This document shows, one piece after another, positions 1 through 13,881 of a stretch of 64,000 nucleotides of DNA; position 1 is the stretch's first letter; each line of letters opens with the position of its first letter. The notes beneath the pieces were generated by a model, which was not told the origin of the DNA, ran no database searches, and saw only the letters and a list, made by a program, of their open reading frames with translations. Where the stretch lies: the NCBI RefSeq assembly GCF_018350175.1, contig NC_058368.1, forward strand, positions 216,196,001-216,260,000. Direction: 5' to 3'. This stretch comes from Felis catus. Lineage: Eukaryota. The translations under genes and the position numbers were made by a program.

Positions 1-544
1 GGCATTGATGTCGTGGATGGTTCGTCCTTGTGGTTTTTATTATGATTGAGCGATGTACCTCAGCAAAACCATCGGGTGATTTTGAAGAACAACACTTAGT
101 AGTCACAAGTCCTAGAGGGTACACAGCACACTTTAGGGCCACACAGTGAGGTCTAAAGGTAGAGAGAGGGAGGGAGGGAACAAGGACTGGGGCTCTGCCT
201 TTATTAGGGCCAGAGAGGGGAGTGCCTAGGGTTTAATAGGTTCACTCTTTATTGGCAAATTTAAAGCATACGAGCGATAACTGAAGTTAAGGAGTAGGAA
301 GGGAAATGCAAAGTCATTCAAGAGTTCAATTATCTAGGTTATCCAGGGCTCTTGAAAAGGGGAACTTTATTGGCAGTGGTGATAAACAACTTGATAAATA
401 AAGTGATAACTCTGTTATCAGCTTGATTCCTGATCTAGTTTTATGTTAGTAGCTGTGTCATACAGCTGGCAATATGTTCATTCAAGATGGATGTCTAGAA
501 ATGGATGCTTCTGCAACCAAAAGTTTAATGTCAGAAACATTACA
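1..544. mobile_element. Old LTR, MER76-like (ERVL class), truncated by the window start
   Basis: Recalled motifs ctgcctttattagggcc...gtgcctagggttt...ttcactctttattgg; ends aagtttaatgtcag...ttaca. Confidence 0.45.
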
Positions 545-3343
545 ATTAAAAAGTTTAATGCCAGCACTATAATATGGAATAAATTAATTTTACTATTTAA
601 AAAATACTACAAAATGGAACTGGAGAACAGTTTTAAATGTCCAATGCACTTGTTTTATTTATATTTCTGTAGATGATTTTTAGTTTTCTTCATATGTAAA
701 ACATATCATCTGTATGCAACATTTTATTTTCTGTAGTTATATGTATATTGTATATAACTTTTTAAATCTTGAAGGATGAGTATAAGTAATCTCTTTCACT
801 TCAATAGCCATAACATCAGATTTGGAGTTTATTTAATAAATAAAATGTGATAATTATCTGTATCCTTACTGAATTTAAGAAACCTAATTCCTTCATGCAT
901 TACAGAAAGCTGTATCATTCCATTACCTACAATTTCCACAAAATATCATGTGACGAAATTTTAGCTCTATCTTGAATAAGCTTGGGCCTTTTACCAAAAT
1001 CAGCCTTATCACTAATATCTTACTGACTCTCCTCACAAGAGAGGAATGCAAATCTGGAATTATGTTCTTTTTATGGCTTGACTCCATCTTTTCTGGAGTT
1101 GACTATCAGAAAAGGAATAATTTCCTCTAATTTTATCTTCCTGTTCTCTTTCTTGATCATACCAAAAATAACTTTCAATTAAGCGACTTGGAAAAAAAAG
1201 TCGTAACATCACTAGGTACCGTAGTAGGATTTAGTATTTAGGATTTAGGCACCAAATCCCCAAATTCCTGAATATATTTTCATTCATTTCCTTAATATAG
1301 GGTTTCAAAATCCTACTTTTTGTGCACTATGTATATCACTAGGCAACTTCTTTTAGGGGAGCGGGGATTCTTTATTAATGTTTCATCCAATATTGTATTT
1401 GTGTAATATAAAACAATTATTTTTAGTTTGTTTTTATATTTGATAGAAAGCTTTCATATAGTGTTCTTAATTTTTCATCATAAAAATCTCTATATTGATT
1501 GAGCACTGGGAAAAGTTAACTGGCAACCATGAAGGAATATAACAGGAGGGCCAGGAGTGGCTCAGGCAACCTTTCTAGGATGAAAAGACTAGAACTTTGG
1601 CAGTTACCATTTTTCACTTCCTTGCCTTCCAGTGGCCCTCCTTTTGTACATTAACAAAAATAGTACCTATCCCGATGTAATCAGACATCTGGGAAGAAGG
1701 GACAGAGTAGGGGAGCAGGTGAACACAATCGTTGCCTTGGGTAATGCTGAGGCCACAAATAGCTTTGTTGGAGGATATGTTGAAATAAACATATGTGACT
1801 TAAAAAAAAACCAAACCTCTATATTGATAGAACAAACATTGTTCTATTCTGTAATTCAGAAAAGTTATTTCATATAGTTAGATTCTCCAGTTATGTTTGT
1901 GTGTGTGTGTGTACTTGTTGGTCAGTAAAATACTTTCTTATGAGAAAACAAAGAGGTCACATAAATTGTATGTAATTATATATGTGTATGTATGTGTATG
2001 TGCATGGAGGTTTTGACCAGATTGAACTTACATCATGCTGCTGCTAAAATATACTTACTTATATGTCTTTAACATAAAGAAAAAAATAAACATAGGTACA
2101 GTTTATGAAATTGCACATCTCAGTTTGAAAAGATTACTCATTTTTGTTGTATACGTGTTTGCATGTTTATACATTTCTGTGTATTTATTGAAATAATTAA
2201 GAATATTATTTTCTTCACAATGGTAGGCATTAGCACCAGTATAAAAGACATGTTATTTCTTTTATAAATTATGTCCACTGAATATGATTAAAGGGGCAAA
2301 TAAAATAGAAAAAGTCACCTATTGGGGATCAGAAGTTATTAAAGTTAGAACCACTAATATATTCCCATGAGTACAATTAAATGTAAAACAAGTCATTTGT
2401 ATATATACATAGCCAGGAGGGGTTGATAGGTGAAGTCTTAGTCAAATAATGAGAAAGCTGGTCCTTTCCGAAATGCCATAGAAACTAGCGTGCCTAATTC
2501 TCCATCTATCGTAAACGGTTTTAGCAGATAGAGGAAGATAAAATATATCTAGAAACACCCTTCTGTATCTCTAAGTGGAAATTATTAGAAAAAAACAAAT
2601 CTGTAACTATCACATATTAAGGTTTATAAAGTAGTTATCTTAGTATTATGCTAAATGGAAGTGGTGTATATAATTCATATTGAATATAATTTTAAAATTT
2701 GAGTTAGTTTATGATTTATTACATTAAAATGTTGACATAGTAATGGCACCCATTATCAGATGATCTTGACTTTTAATTTATATCAATGGTTCTCTATGAA
2801 AAAAGATGGTTATGAAAAACACTGAACCATTTTTATAGTATAATTGTCTATATTATAAAGTACCATGAGGTTTAGGAATTAAACAGTAGCCCCATTAAAT
2901 GTATTAAGGTATAACACCTGTATGTCTCACTCTTGGTCTATTTATCTGTGAACGTATATTGTTGGTATCTGCTCAGTTTTTTCAAGGAACACTTACGTTA
3001 TAAAACAACTAAAATTCAATTAAATAATCATATTCCATGCAGTTGTTTTTTTTTCTAACACTGTAACATATTAAAATTAATTTACTTGCAGTTCAATATT
3101 AAATGTCTTTTATGTATCAAGTAGTATGTTACAAGCTAAGTTTCAAAAAAAAAAAAAAAAAGATTAAGCCCGTACTTTAAAAAATATGTAGAAGTGAAGG
3201 CAATTTTCTCAGATTAAATAATGGAAGGATTCCTCATAAATAGTAATTTTATATGTATTATTAGTCTGACTCAAAAATATAAGCATTAATACATCATCTA
3301 TAAAAAAAGATAACATCGAGTAGCTTTCAAGAATGGATCTCTA

Positions 3344-3506
3344 GGGGAACCTGGGTTGCTCAGTAGGTTAAGCATCTGACTTTGCCTCAGGTCATGATCT
3401 CACAGCTTGTGAGTTCGAGCCCCATGTCAGGCTCTGTGCTGACAGCTCAGAGCCTGGAGCCCGCTTCAGATTCTGTCTCCATCTTTCTCTGCCCTGCCCC
3501 GCTGGT

Positions 3507-3550
<44 letters not shown>

Positions 3551-3579
3551 AAAAATATAAATAAACATTAAAAAAAAAA
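3344..3579 (+). mobile_element. Can-SINE
   Basis: tRNA-derived head gggga(c)cctggg, (CT)n, A tail. Confidence 0.95.
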
Positions 3580-3584
3580 GAATG

Positions 3585-3810
3585 GGGGCGCCTGGGTGGC
3601 GCAGTCGGTTAAGCGTCCGACTTCAGCCAGGTCACGATCTCGCGGTCCGTGAGTTCGAGCCCCGCGTCTGGCTCTGGGCTGATGGCTCAGAGCCTGGAGC
3701 CTGTTTCCGATTCTGTGTCTCCCTCTCTCTCTGCCCCTCCCCCGCTCATGCTCTGTCTCTCTCTGTCTCTCTCTGTCCCAAAAATAAATAAACGTTGAAA
3801 AAAAAAAAAA
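3585..3810 (+). mobile_element. Young felid Can-SINE (SINEC_Fc)
   Basis: CpG-intact ggggcgcctgggtggcgcagtcggttaagcgtccgac head, (CT)n, A tail. Confidence 0.97.
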
Positions 3811-3826
3811 AGAATGGATCTCCTTA

Positions 3827-3948
3827 GGGGTGCCTGAGTGGCTCAATTGGTTGAACATCTGACTCTTGATTTGGCTCAGGTCATGATCTCAGGGTCTTGG
3901 CATGGAGCCCCACATCCAGCCCTGCACTGAGCATGGAGCTTGCTTAAG

Positions 3949-3999
<51 letters not shown>

Positions 4000-4010
4000 A
4001 GAATAAAAAA
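3827..4010 (+). mobile_element. Older Can-SINE
   Basis: ggggtgcctgagtggctca head, (CT)n, A-rich tail. Confidence 0.93.
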
Positions 4011-4479
4011 GAATGGGTCTCTTTAAAGTAGAGCTGTATCTATATATTATCTTGTTATAAACAATGCAGTAAAGTAATTGTCAAATAGATGCTATATTCA
4101 TATTTTGCTTTTTTGAACATGGCTGACAAGTCCAGTTTAAGCTCTTTTATCACAGCTTAATTTACTGTGCCCCTCTTTTTGAAAGTTTTACCTGGAAATT
4201 TTGTTTCACCTAAATTTATATGCCATTCAGCTTCCTCTTCTCTCTCATGCCTTCTCAAATATTTTGCTGTCCAACTTTTGTTCTTACTCTCCCTCAAAAC
4301 GTGTCTTGACAAAATCACCCTTGACATTTATAAAGCAAAATTCTAAGTCTACAGCTTTGTTAACCTGTTTGCCAGTACGTAAGACAAGTCTATCACTTCA
4401 TCCTTTCTGAAAAACTGCTCTTACCTTATTTTTCAGGACATTATTTCCTTTTTCAATTAGTGACTTACCTTATCGGTTG

Positions 4480-5170
4480 TTACTTCCCAGAATTCCTTGT
4501 GCACCCTGTTAATTTCCCCAACTTTGAACTTTTGCTGTTTTTCTGGGCACAGTATTAGCTCTTCTAGTTTCTATCCAAGTTCTCTCATTAGCCTCTTTCA
4601 TCAGCACTTACATGCTGATAAATTATAGTTTGTAGCTTCAGCCAGAACCTCTTGTAGGGAATCCAGATACAACTACCACTCCTAAACTCAATTTTCATAT
4701 AAATGTTTAATAGCATCAAATATAATATAAACATCAGTAATTGTTTTGATATTTCCAACTCCATACTATTCCATGACCAAATCTGACCACTGTTCACCAC
4801 GTCTGCTATAACCACTCTGTTTAAAGCCACCAACCATCTCTTTCCTAGAATATCGACATAGCCGTTCACTAATCTCCCTGCTTCCACTTTAGATCTATCC
4901 TAAGTCTAGTTTTCACACATTGCTAAGGGTATCATTTTTAAATGTGTCAGATTTGGTCACCTCTCAGTTCAGAATCATCCAATGGTTTCTCTTATACTTA
5001 GGATAAAGTTCAAAATCATTGTCATTCCTACAAAGCCATGTGCAATCTTAAATTTTTCCCTTCCTGCAATCAGCTCTTACAACGACCTCTATTTCTCAAT
5101 ATGCATCATCTACGCTGGCATTCCCTTGGTGTCCAGCCTCAAACAACTTTTTCCTTAATAGTCTTTGCAA
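4480..5170 (-). mobile_element. L2 fragment
   Basis: Typical L2 antisense text, e.g. ctctcagttcagaatcatccaatggtttctc...ggataaagttcaaaatc. Confidence 0.6.
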
Positions 5171-5649
5171 TGAGTACCAAGGGTCAATCTGCAAATGCAC
5201 AATAATGATGTGGGGAACTATTTTAGATACATATTAAGCTATGTGACAGGGAAAGGATGACCGTGACAGAGATGTCCTCACCCCTAGAATAGTTTCAATT
5301 TTTCTAATTTAATACAAAAAAAAATGAAAAGTGGAATAGACAGAAGTTAAATTTGCATAGAAAGTCTTGTTGACTGTTAATATCATCTGACATACCCCTG
5401 ATTATACACACATGCTCAAACACACACACATACAGACACTCACATGCATGTGCACGATTAAGAAATGCTCATCAATTCCTATTTTTCCAAGCTTTTGTAA
5501 TATATGTATTATAAATATAAATATAAATATTTAAACATACATATATAAACATATACATATATGTGTATGTATATATATGTATATATGTGTATGTATGTAT
5601 ATATATATATATAAATTTTATCGAATAGGTTTTTTCAGAAGTGGTAGAT

Positions 5650-6078
5650 ATCTTCTGTGATCCCTTCTAGGTATTTCTGCTATATTCTGTGCCCTTTATA
5701 AGGCCATCTTGTATAGGTCTTATAGGCCATACAAGTGGTCTATGGATGGCCATAGGATGGCAATGAGATATGGATATACTCTTCCACTGGAGAAGAGATG
5801 CCTCCCTCCTCACAGCTCTCTCTGTCTCTAGATTGTTCTAGTACAATTGTTTCAGGAAGTCACCCCATGCCTTTTTTACCCTTCAGGCTTAATATTAGTT
5901 ATGATTCACAGTTGTTAATATCTTCAAGTTATCATACAAGCTGCTATATTCTTATTTGAGATTTCTACAACTAACTCATGTCTCTGTAAATAACCCCTTT
6001 AAATCACCCTCAAGTTACCCAAAATACCAAATTTGAGTGTTTCACTCATTTTTGTCCAGAACCTTGACTTAAATTCAG
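5650..6078 (+). mobile_element. LTR33-like ERVL LTR fragment
   Basis: 3' end tgtaaataacccc...aaatttgagtgt...ccagaaccttgact resembles LTR33. Confidence 0.45.
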
Positions 6079-6391
6079 CTATTAAGTAGGTAAATACTTT
6101 AATTCATTGTGGGTCCTTGCTCATATTTTACTTTTGAATTTTTCACATTTTAAGAAATAAAATTATCATAGCATCCACTTTAGAACTGCAGATAAGGCAC
6201 TCAATTTACTGCTTTTAAGAGCTTCTCATTTGGGCAATCCAGAAAGCTGGACCATTTATTAGACGTATAGCTTATTTTTTTTTAATTAGTGTTTGTGGAT
6301 ATATAATTTTGATCAGCTAGAGATAGAACATGGTTCAATGAGAGGTAGAGGAGAGGTAAAGTGTATGTATTTGTATTATCCTCAGCTTATT

Positions 6392-6612
6392 TTTTTTTTA
6401 ATTTTTTTTCAACGTTTATTTATTTTTGGGACAGAGAGAGACAGAGCATGAACGGGGGAGGGGCAGAGAGAGAGGGAGACACAGAATCGGAAACAGGCTC
6501 CAGGCTCTGAGCCATCAGCCCAGAGCCTGACGCGGGGCTCAAACTCACAGACCGCGAGATCGTGACCTGGCTGAAGTCGGACGCTTAACCGACTGCGCCA
6601 CCCAGGCGCCCC
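6392..6612 (-). mobile_element. Young SINEC_Fc with TSD
   Basis: TSD tatcctcagcttatt on both sides. Confidence 0.97.
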
Positions 6613-7349
6613 TATCCTCAGCTTATTATCAACATGACTGAGAGCCAGTCTAAAGGTAACATAAAATCCACGTGCCAACCCTTGTGTAATGATTGGCATA
6701 GTAGTCAACACCTGTTACATATACCTGCCAGAGCATCCCTTAATCATGAGTTCTCCTACTTTGGATTCAAAAGTGAAATTCAAAGTATCTGTGCAGTTGA
6801 AGCCACTTTATATTTTCTTAAATAATTATTATGGATCTCCAGTCATTCAAATTATGGTAGTTCTGGGCCAAGGAATGCATATGGTGAAATGTAAAACCGT
6901 GTCTTCCTTTAATTTCTAAATATCAGTTGTAGAATCATCTAAGTACATTTTTAATGAGATGATCATAGGAGGTTTCTCTTTCAATCAATAATGTGGTTAA
7001 TTATATTAATATATTTTCTAATATGAACCAGTCTATGCCTACAATTTACTCAACTTTATTGTTTTATATTAGAAAATGCTTTTTTGGATTGTGTTTGTTT
7101 TGATAATATATAGTTTAGGATTTTTGCAAATATGCTCAAGAAGTAAGATTAGGATTTAATTTCAGCTTTTCTACAGTAACCAGTAATTTTGGCATTAATG
7201 TTACAAAAGTCTCACAGGTAATCATCAAAGCAAGACTGTCTTTTGTATTCTTTGAGAAAGTTTAATGACATCTGAATTATCTTTTTCTTGAATATCTTAT
7301 AGAACATATCTATAAAATAATCAGGCTCGCTTTGTATATGCATTTTATC

Positions 7350-7476
7350 GTTTTCTTTTTTTCTTTTTTTTTTTTTTCTTTTTTTAAATTTTTTTCAATA
7401 TATGAAATTTATTGTCAAATTGGTTTCCATACAACACCCAGTGCTCATCCCAAAAGGTGCCCTCCTCAATACCCAT
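7350..7476 (-). mobile_element. Severely 5'-truncated felid L1 (L1_Fc) 3' end
   Basis: Reverse complement gagggcaccttttgggatgagcactgggtgttgtatggaaaccaatttgacaataaa followed by polyA. Confidence 0.85.
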
Positions 7477-8281
7477 CTTTTTATTTTTTTTAATTTTTAG
7501 TGGGAGGAAGTTTTTGACTGATTCAGCATCAACGATTAAGTGTATAGAAGTAGACCACTTCTCCCTGAGTCAGTTTTAATATTTGTATTTTTATGTATTT
7601 GTGCATTTGCAAATTCATTGGTATACATGGATTTATGGTTTTGTTTTAATATCTATCACATTCATAATTATATATCCCTTTTTATTTCTTAAGATATTAG
7701 TATATTTCCATAATATTTAATCAATAACTAATGGCAAGTTCTGAAGTATGACCGTGTGCGTGTTTTGTCTGCAAAAGATGAAGTGAACAATCATAGGTTT
7801 CTGGAAGGTGAGAATAATGGGATATTGGGACAATCAAAGCAGGTGCAATGGTGAAACACAAGCTGCTGAATGTTTTGATGGGCATGGGGAGCTGTAAAAG
7901 TGAGGTCGCTTAAGAAGGAAAGTAGGAAACATGGTAGGTGGTACAATTTGATTTCAGGAATTTCAAATAAAAGTGATATTGTTTCAAAATATCAGGAAGG
8001 AGTGATATAGACATATTCCCTACTTTCAAGCTCTAAGGTCAAAATGTTTGACACTAGCACTGACACATATATAAACCTAAATTGATATATTATTTTTCTG
8101 TATATAATATCCTTATATATAAGTATATATATATACACATTATTATACATCACTATACATTACTATGTATAATATATATACAATGCCTTTAACCACCATC
8201 AACTTGTGGTTAAAGCATCAACTTGTCAGGAAATTGATTATACAGTATTATCTTTTGAAAATTTAAGTGCTAAGTATAGTT

Positions 8282-8480
8282 TTGCAGGGGTCATTACTTA
8301 GTCTGCTACTATTAAACATTTTTAAAATTAATGATTGGGGTGATGAACCAGAGTGTCTTTATTAAATTTGCTGATGACACCAATTTGGTAGGACAATTAG
8401 CACATTTAAGAACTGGATTAAAATTCAAAATGACCTTGATGAGTTGGAGAGGAGCCTGGATATAAACAAGATGAAGTTGA
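8282..8480 (+). mobile_element. CR1/L3 LINE reverse-transcriptase fossil
   Basis: Frameshifted translation LQGSLLSLLLLNIFKIND..ECL/FIKFADDTNLVG/WIKIQNDLDELE...NKMK matches CR1 RT PQGSVLGP.LFNIFIND..KFADDTKLGG..IQ.DLD.LE. Confidence 0.85.
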
Positions 8481-9255
8481 TGGAGTTCATGTGTAGTAAT
8501 TCATTTAGCCTTTTTCACATTTACAGTGGCCAAACCATTATGTAACTCTAATCGGAACTTTTAATAGAAATAGCTTGAACCATCTATCTTCATTGCACTA
8601 CAGCCACAGCAAATGTGAAGTCAAGATTTTGGTGCATCCAACTGATGCAAAAACTAACTTCCTAGTCTAATCAGCGTGATGTTGCTGCCAGGATTCTTCA
8701 AGGAATGAATACCAAGGGTTAGATGGAAATATGTCTACCAAAAATCAAACTGAGATAAAATAAACTTCAACAAAGATCACTGAAGAAGTAAAAAATGCCA
8801 TGTAAGCTGATAATGGCGTTAAAGAAAAAACAGTGGTAAATACATGACTGTATAAAATTTGGATAAGAGTTTTGTGGGTTTTTTTTTCTGTATTAGTTAC
8901 TAATGTTTTGGAAGGAATTTCTATAATTGAATTATTGTGCCAAGACTTTTAAAAATGAATTATCGGTGAATAAAATGTTTTACATATGAGAAAACTAGCT
9001 TAAGAAATAAATATAAGGATATAATAATTATAGACTTCAGAATTAACGTGAATGTTAACATTTTTGTCTTTAATGTGAGTTTCAAAATTTGGGGGTCAAT
9101 GTCTATAATGAGAATGTCATGAAAATTTTAAAATACACGGATATGAAGTTTTCACACAGATCCAGAGATTTAGTCAATGTCTTAAACCTCATTCATGATA
9201 TACATCTGCTGGTCAGAAGATTCAAGGTTAGGAAACTTAAGAATTGTCTTCTTAA

Positions 9256-9484
9256 GGGCGCTGGGGTGACTCAGTCGGTTAAGCATCTGTCTTCACCAGG
9301 TTATGATCTCATGGTTCGGTTCGTGGGTTCGAGCCCCATGTTGGGCTCTGTGCTGACAGCTCAGAACCTGAAGCCTGCTTTGGAATCTGTGTCTTCCTCT
9401 CTCTCTGCCCCTTCCCCACTCACCCTCTGTCTCTCTCTGTCTCTCGAAAAATAAATAAATGTTAAAAAAATTAAAAAAAAACAC
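9256..9484 (+). mobile_element. Can-SINE with TSD
   Basis: TSD aattgtcttcttaa. Confidence 0.95.
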
Positions 9485-9529
9485 AATTGTCTTCTTAATA
9501 TTTATGGCCTCAGGACGTTTATGTGTTTT

Positions 9530-11280
9530 TCTTTATAATTAATGGATCTGATTGCTTAGAGCATTTTTTAGGGTTACGGAAAATTGAACACAAGTACAGA
9601 GAATTCCCATTTACTCCTCCTTCCATCCAGTTTCCCCTATTATTAAGATTTTGAATAAGTTTAGTACATTTGCTGTAGTTGATGAATCAGTATTGATACA
9701 CTAGTATTAACTAAATTTTCTACAGTTTACATTAAGGTTTACTATTTGTCTTTGACACTTGATGGTTTATTCCAAATGTGTAATGTCACGTATCCACTTA
9801 CAGTATTATACAGAATAACTTTCTTGTCCTGAAATTCTTCTGCCTTTGATTTATTCATCTTTTGTTTTTTCCCTACCCACAATCTCTGGCAATAACTGAT
9901 TCTTTTACTTTCTTTACAGTTCTATCTTTTCCAGAATGTCATGTCATTGGAATCACGGGGTATTTAGTCTTCTTGGACTGCCTTCTTTCACTTAGCAATA
10001 TGATCCAAGGTTTCTCTATGTTTATTCATGACTTGATAGCTCATTTCTCTATGTTGATGGATAGTATTCCACTGTATGAATGCCCCACAGTGTATTTATC
10101 AATTCACCTAATATCTTAGCTGCTTCCAGCTTTCGACAATCATCAGGTTGCTCTAAAATTTGTGTGCATGTTTTTTTGTTTTTTTGGTTTTTTTTTTTTT
10201 TTTTTTTTTTTTTTGCTAAATACTGCAAACATTAGTGATGGCAAACCTCACTAGGATGGAGTTGGCATGTTTCGGCAGGGGGAGTTCTCACGCCCTACTG
10301 CTCTAGGACCTCACCTTGCACGCACATAACTACTTCACTATTCCAGCAGGAGGAAGAGACATTCTCCTCATCCCTAAGGGCAACGGCTCTGCCAATGAAA
10401 AGCCACCATATTAGGAACTTCCAGTGTACTCCCGTGGGCTTTTAGTTCATAACAACCTTCCCAAGTCACCCCTTTTCTCCTTAAAAAAGTGTACCTCTCC
10501 TTTGTTTCCCACTCTTGCCTACGGTTTGCCACAACTTGTTTGTCCGAGATTGCAATTCTCCTTTCTTCCTGAGTAAATCCATCTGCTGCCGGTAAAACAA
10601 CTGGCAGTTTTTACTTTTTAAGGTTAATAACACCTAAGGGTGCAATTGCAGGAACCTTTGGGTAAGACTATGCTCAACTGTGTAAGAAACTTCCAAACCG
10701 TCTTTCAAGGCGGCTGTACCATTTTTCATTTCTATTAGGCAATTAACAAGAGTTCTTTTTTGTTCCACATCCCCTCCAGCATTTGGTATTGTCATATTTT
10801 TGGAGTTCAGTCACACGAATCAGTGTGTCCAGGTATCTTGTTTTAACCGATAATTCACTAATGACATGTGATATTGAGCATATTTGTATATTCTTCTTTA
10901 CCATCTGCCTATCTTCAGCAATGAGGTTTCTTTTCAGAAACTCTGTCCACTTTCTAATTGGATTATTTGTTTGCTTACTGTGGAATTTTAAGAGGTATTT
11001 GTATTTTTCAGATGCAAGTCCTTTATCAGATATCTCTTTTGCAAATATTTGCTCCAAGTCAGTAGCTTGTGTTATCCTTCCGTTAATGGTGTCTTTAGCA
11101 GAGTGGTGGTTTTCGTTAATGTAGTCTAACATCAGTTTTATTTTTTGTTATTGTTGTTGTCTTTCCCTCCCCATGCATTATGGTTTAAAGTTTCTACCTA
11201 AAAACTCATTGCCAAACCCAAGGTCACCTAAAGTTTTCTCCTCGTTATCAGGCATAAGTTCTATAATTTTGTTTTCCATT
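9530..11280 (-). mobile_element. Old L1 (L1MC/MD-type) 3' region, interrupted by an LTR
   Basis: ORF2 C-terminal remnants on the minus strand (EQIFAKEISDKGL, KCWRGCG) and L1M 3' UTR text. Confidence 0.85.
10224..10630 (+). mobile_element. Solo ERV1-type LTR inside the L1
   Basis: Starts TG, splits the L1 motif aaatac|ctaagg, and has an LTR-like 3' end (ttgcaattctc...taaa...ggttaa). Confidence 0.65.
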
Positions 11281-11289
11281 TGTTTTTTT

Positions 11290-11960
11290 AGTTTCTGGTC
11301 TGACTTATAAGGAGCTTGGAGAGAGCCTCACTCCTGTGCTCACACCAAGACAAAGCTGAACAAACTGGAAATCAGCAGGACTTCCTAGATTCATCAGAGA
11401 ATTGACGTAAAAGAGCAACTACTGTCCTAAAAACTGGACAGACAGACAGACGGATACGGAAAATGACGGCTTATAGGAGCAGAGCCCAGGGACAGAAGCC
11501 TCCAGGTGGAGTTACTATCCGTAGACACTTTAGATTGTAACTGATGGGTTGCTGGAGGCTGAGTGTAGACTAGCTTGAGAAAAGTGGGAAAAGAAGAAAC
11601 CTTGAATCTACAAAGGAGCAAGAATAAGAATTTTATTCTACTGATCTTTAGAAACCAAGCAATCAAGAAGAGAGTAGTGTGAAATATTTAAAGTGATAAA
11701 AGAAACACTCTCACCAAACTAGTTTGTAGCCAGTGAAATTGTCTTTCAAAAGTCAAGGAGAAATAGTCTCTGAGACAAGTAAAAATTGAAGGACTTTTGC
11801 ACCCGTAGGAGTTCCTTGCAAGAAATGTCAAAATCAGGCCTGTGGAGAGAAGGAAAACGATAGAAGTGAGAAACTCTGATCTACATAGTGAAAGAAAGAA
11901 TGTCAGAGGAAGAATAAATAGAAATAAAATAAAGTACTTTATTTTCCTTATTCATGAACT
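11290..11960 (+). mobile_element. Old L1 5'UTR/ORF1 fragment
   Basis: ORF1 C-terminal text ttcaaaagtcaaggagaaata...ccttgcaagaaatg. Confidence 0.6.
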
Positions 11961-12845
11961 GGGCTTTGAAAAAGGGAGATGTTTTATTTTAAACATTTAT
12001 TTTTATTTATCAGTTGGAATAATTTTTACAAAAAGATACTTTTTCTAATATTCTCTTTGATAATCTAATGCTATAGCTCAGAGGCTGATGGAGTTTGAAT
12101 GTTTCATTCCTTTCCAGCAACCAATTTTTAATATCATTAAAACCTCATGAATTTGATAAACTTCTATATTAATTTATGGTCAAAATCTTTACCAAACAGC
12201 CATAGAGAAAAGAAAACGTTCTCATCCTAATTAAGGCATACTCTGAAATACTACAAGCTAACGTTATACTTAATGTTAAGACTGGAGTGAGCTATCTGAA
12301 CACCATATATTTGACAAGGAACTTGCATCCAGAATATATAAAAACCTCTTACAAGGTTTTAATAAAAAGAAAAATGATGCAGTAAAACTTGATAAAATAG
12401 TTGAACCTACACTTCACCAAATAAGGTATTTGGGTGATAATTAAGCCCATAAAAAAGGCACTCATTGTTATTAGTCATTAGAAAATGCATATTAATAATA
12501 AGACACCTCTACATCCCTACCCAATAATTAAATGTTAAGACTATTATCACATAATGGTGAAGAACTCTCATGTATTGCCACGCAAAATGGGCTGGCCGCT
12601 TTCAAAAATAATTTGACAGTTTCCTACAAAGTTAAATTTATGATTACCATAGAACCAGTAATTTCATTCATAGATAATTACCAAACTAAATTGAAACCTG
12701 TGTACTCCAAAGACAAGAATGCAAACATTTATAGTGGCTTTCTTCATACTATCGGAAAATTTGATAAATAAATTGTTTCTAAACATGTAATGGAATCCAA
12801 ATCAATGCCAAACATGAACTGACTTCTGATATATACAATAGCACG

Positions 12846-13544
12846 GGGTTATGTTGTAATTTATACTAGAAAATATATACGTGGTTTTCGTCCCCAGTTA
12901 TGGCACCGAGCTGCTAAAACCTTTGGAATTCCCTAAGTAATGAAAACCACAAAGGTTGTCTCTTGTTATGTCACTAAGGTGACTTTTGGCCACCACCTAA
13001 GGATGGGGGCTGGCTGTGAGCAGAACGAACCATGTGACTAATGATTTTATCAGTCTTGTCTATGTAACAAAGCCTCCATAAAAAACCCAAAGGACAGCGT
13101 TCAGATAACTTCCAGATTGGTGAGAGGGGCTCACCTAGAGAGGGCATGAAGCTCTGCAATCCTTCCCCATATCTTGCCCAAAGTATCACTTCCATCTGGT
13201 TGTTCCCAAGTTATATCCTTTTATAGTAAACTAGTCACCTAGTAAGTGAAATATTTCTCTGAGTTCTGTAAGCCACTCCTGCCATTAATCAAACTTGAGG
13301 AGGGGGTTTGTGCAAACCTATTATTTATAAGCTAGTTGGGCGAAAATACAGGTAATCGCTTGGTCTTGTGACTGGCACTGTAATTGGGTAGGCACGGAAG
13401 GTAGTCTTGTGTAACTGAGCCCTCAGCCTGTGGAATCTGACCCAATCTCTGTGTAGGTAGTCTGAATTGAGTTAAATTGTAGGACACCCCTATCATGACA
13501 TACACACATGTGTGGGAATGGGTCCAGGAATCCAAAAAGACATA
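12846..13544. mobile_element. MER21-like LTR
   Basis: gtccccagttatggcaccgagctgctaaaacctttggaattccct..., gtgactggca, ctgtggaatctga motifs. Confidence 0.65.
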
Positions 13545-13628
13545 GATAATCTCAAAGGCATATGAAAGAAACTATCCCCTAAAGACTACATATTATGTAT
13601 TTTATTCAATATAATGATAGAAAGCAGC

Positions 13629-13716
13629 TTTTTTTTAACGTTTATTTATTTTGTGAGAGAGTGTGTGAGCAGGGGAGAAGCAACAGGAGGGAAAGAGAGA
13701 GAGAGAGAGAGAGAGG

Positions 13717-13758
<42 letters not shown>

Positions 13759-13881
13759 CTTAAGCATGCTCCCTACTCAATATGGAGCCTAACATGGGAC
13801 TCAGTCTCAAGATTGTGAGATTATGACTTGAACTGAAAGCAAGAGTTAGATGCCTAACTGACTGAGCCACCCAGACACCCC
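13629..13881 (-). mobile_element. Can-SINE
   Basis: Antisense head and (GA)n. Confidence 0.9.

Noticed and set aside
3344..3430. tRNA-like A/B boxes
   Set aside because: SINE heads derived from tRNA, not tRNA genes.
3382..3858. ORFs of the MGAPGWRSRLSVRLQ type (also at 6409, 27287 and 57417)
   Set aside because: Can-SINE read-through translations.
8187..8215. 10-bp hairpin ctttaaccac...gtggttaaag
   Set aside because: Too short to distinguish from chance or a local template switch.
10743..11132. 129-aa ORF
   Set aside because: Degenerate L1 ORF2 C-terminus, not a host gene.
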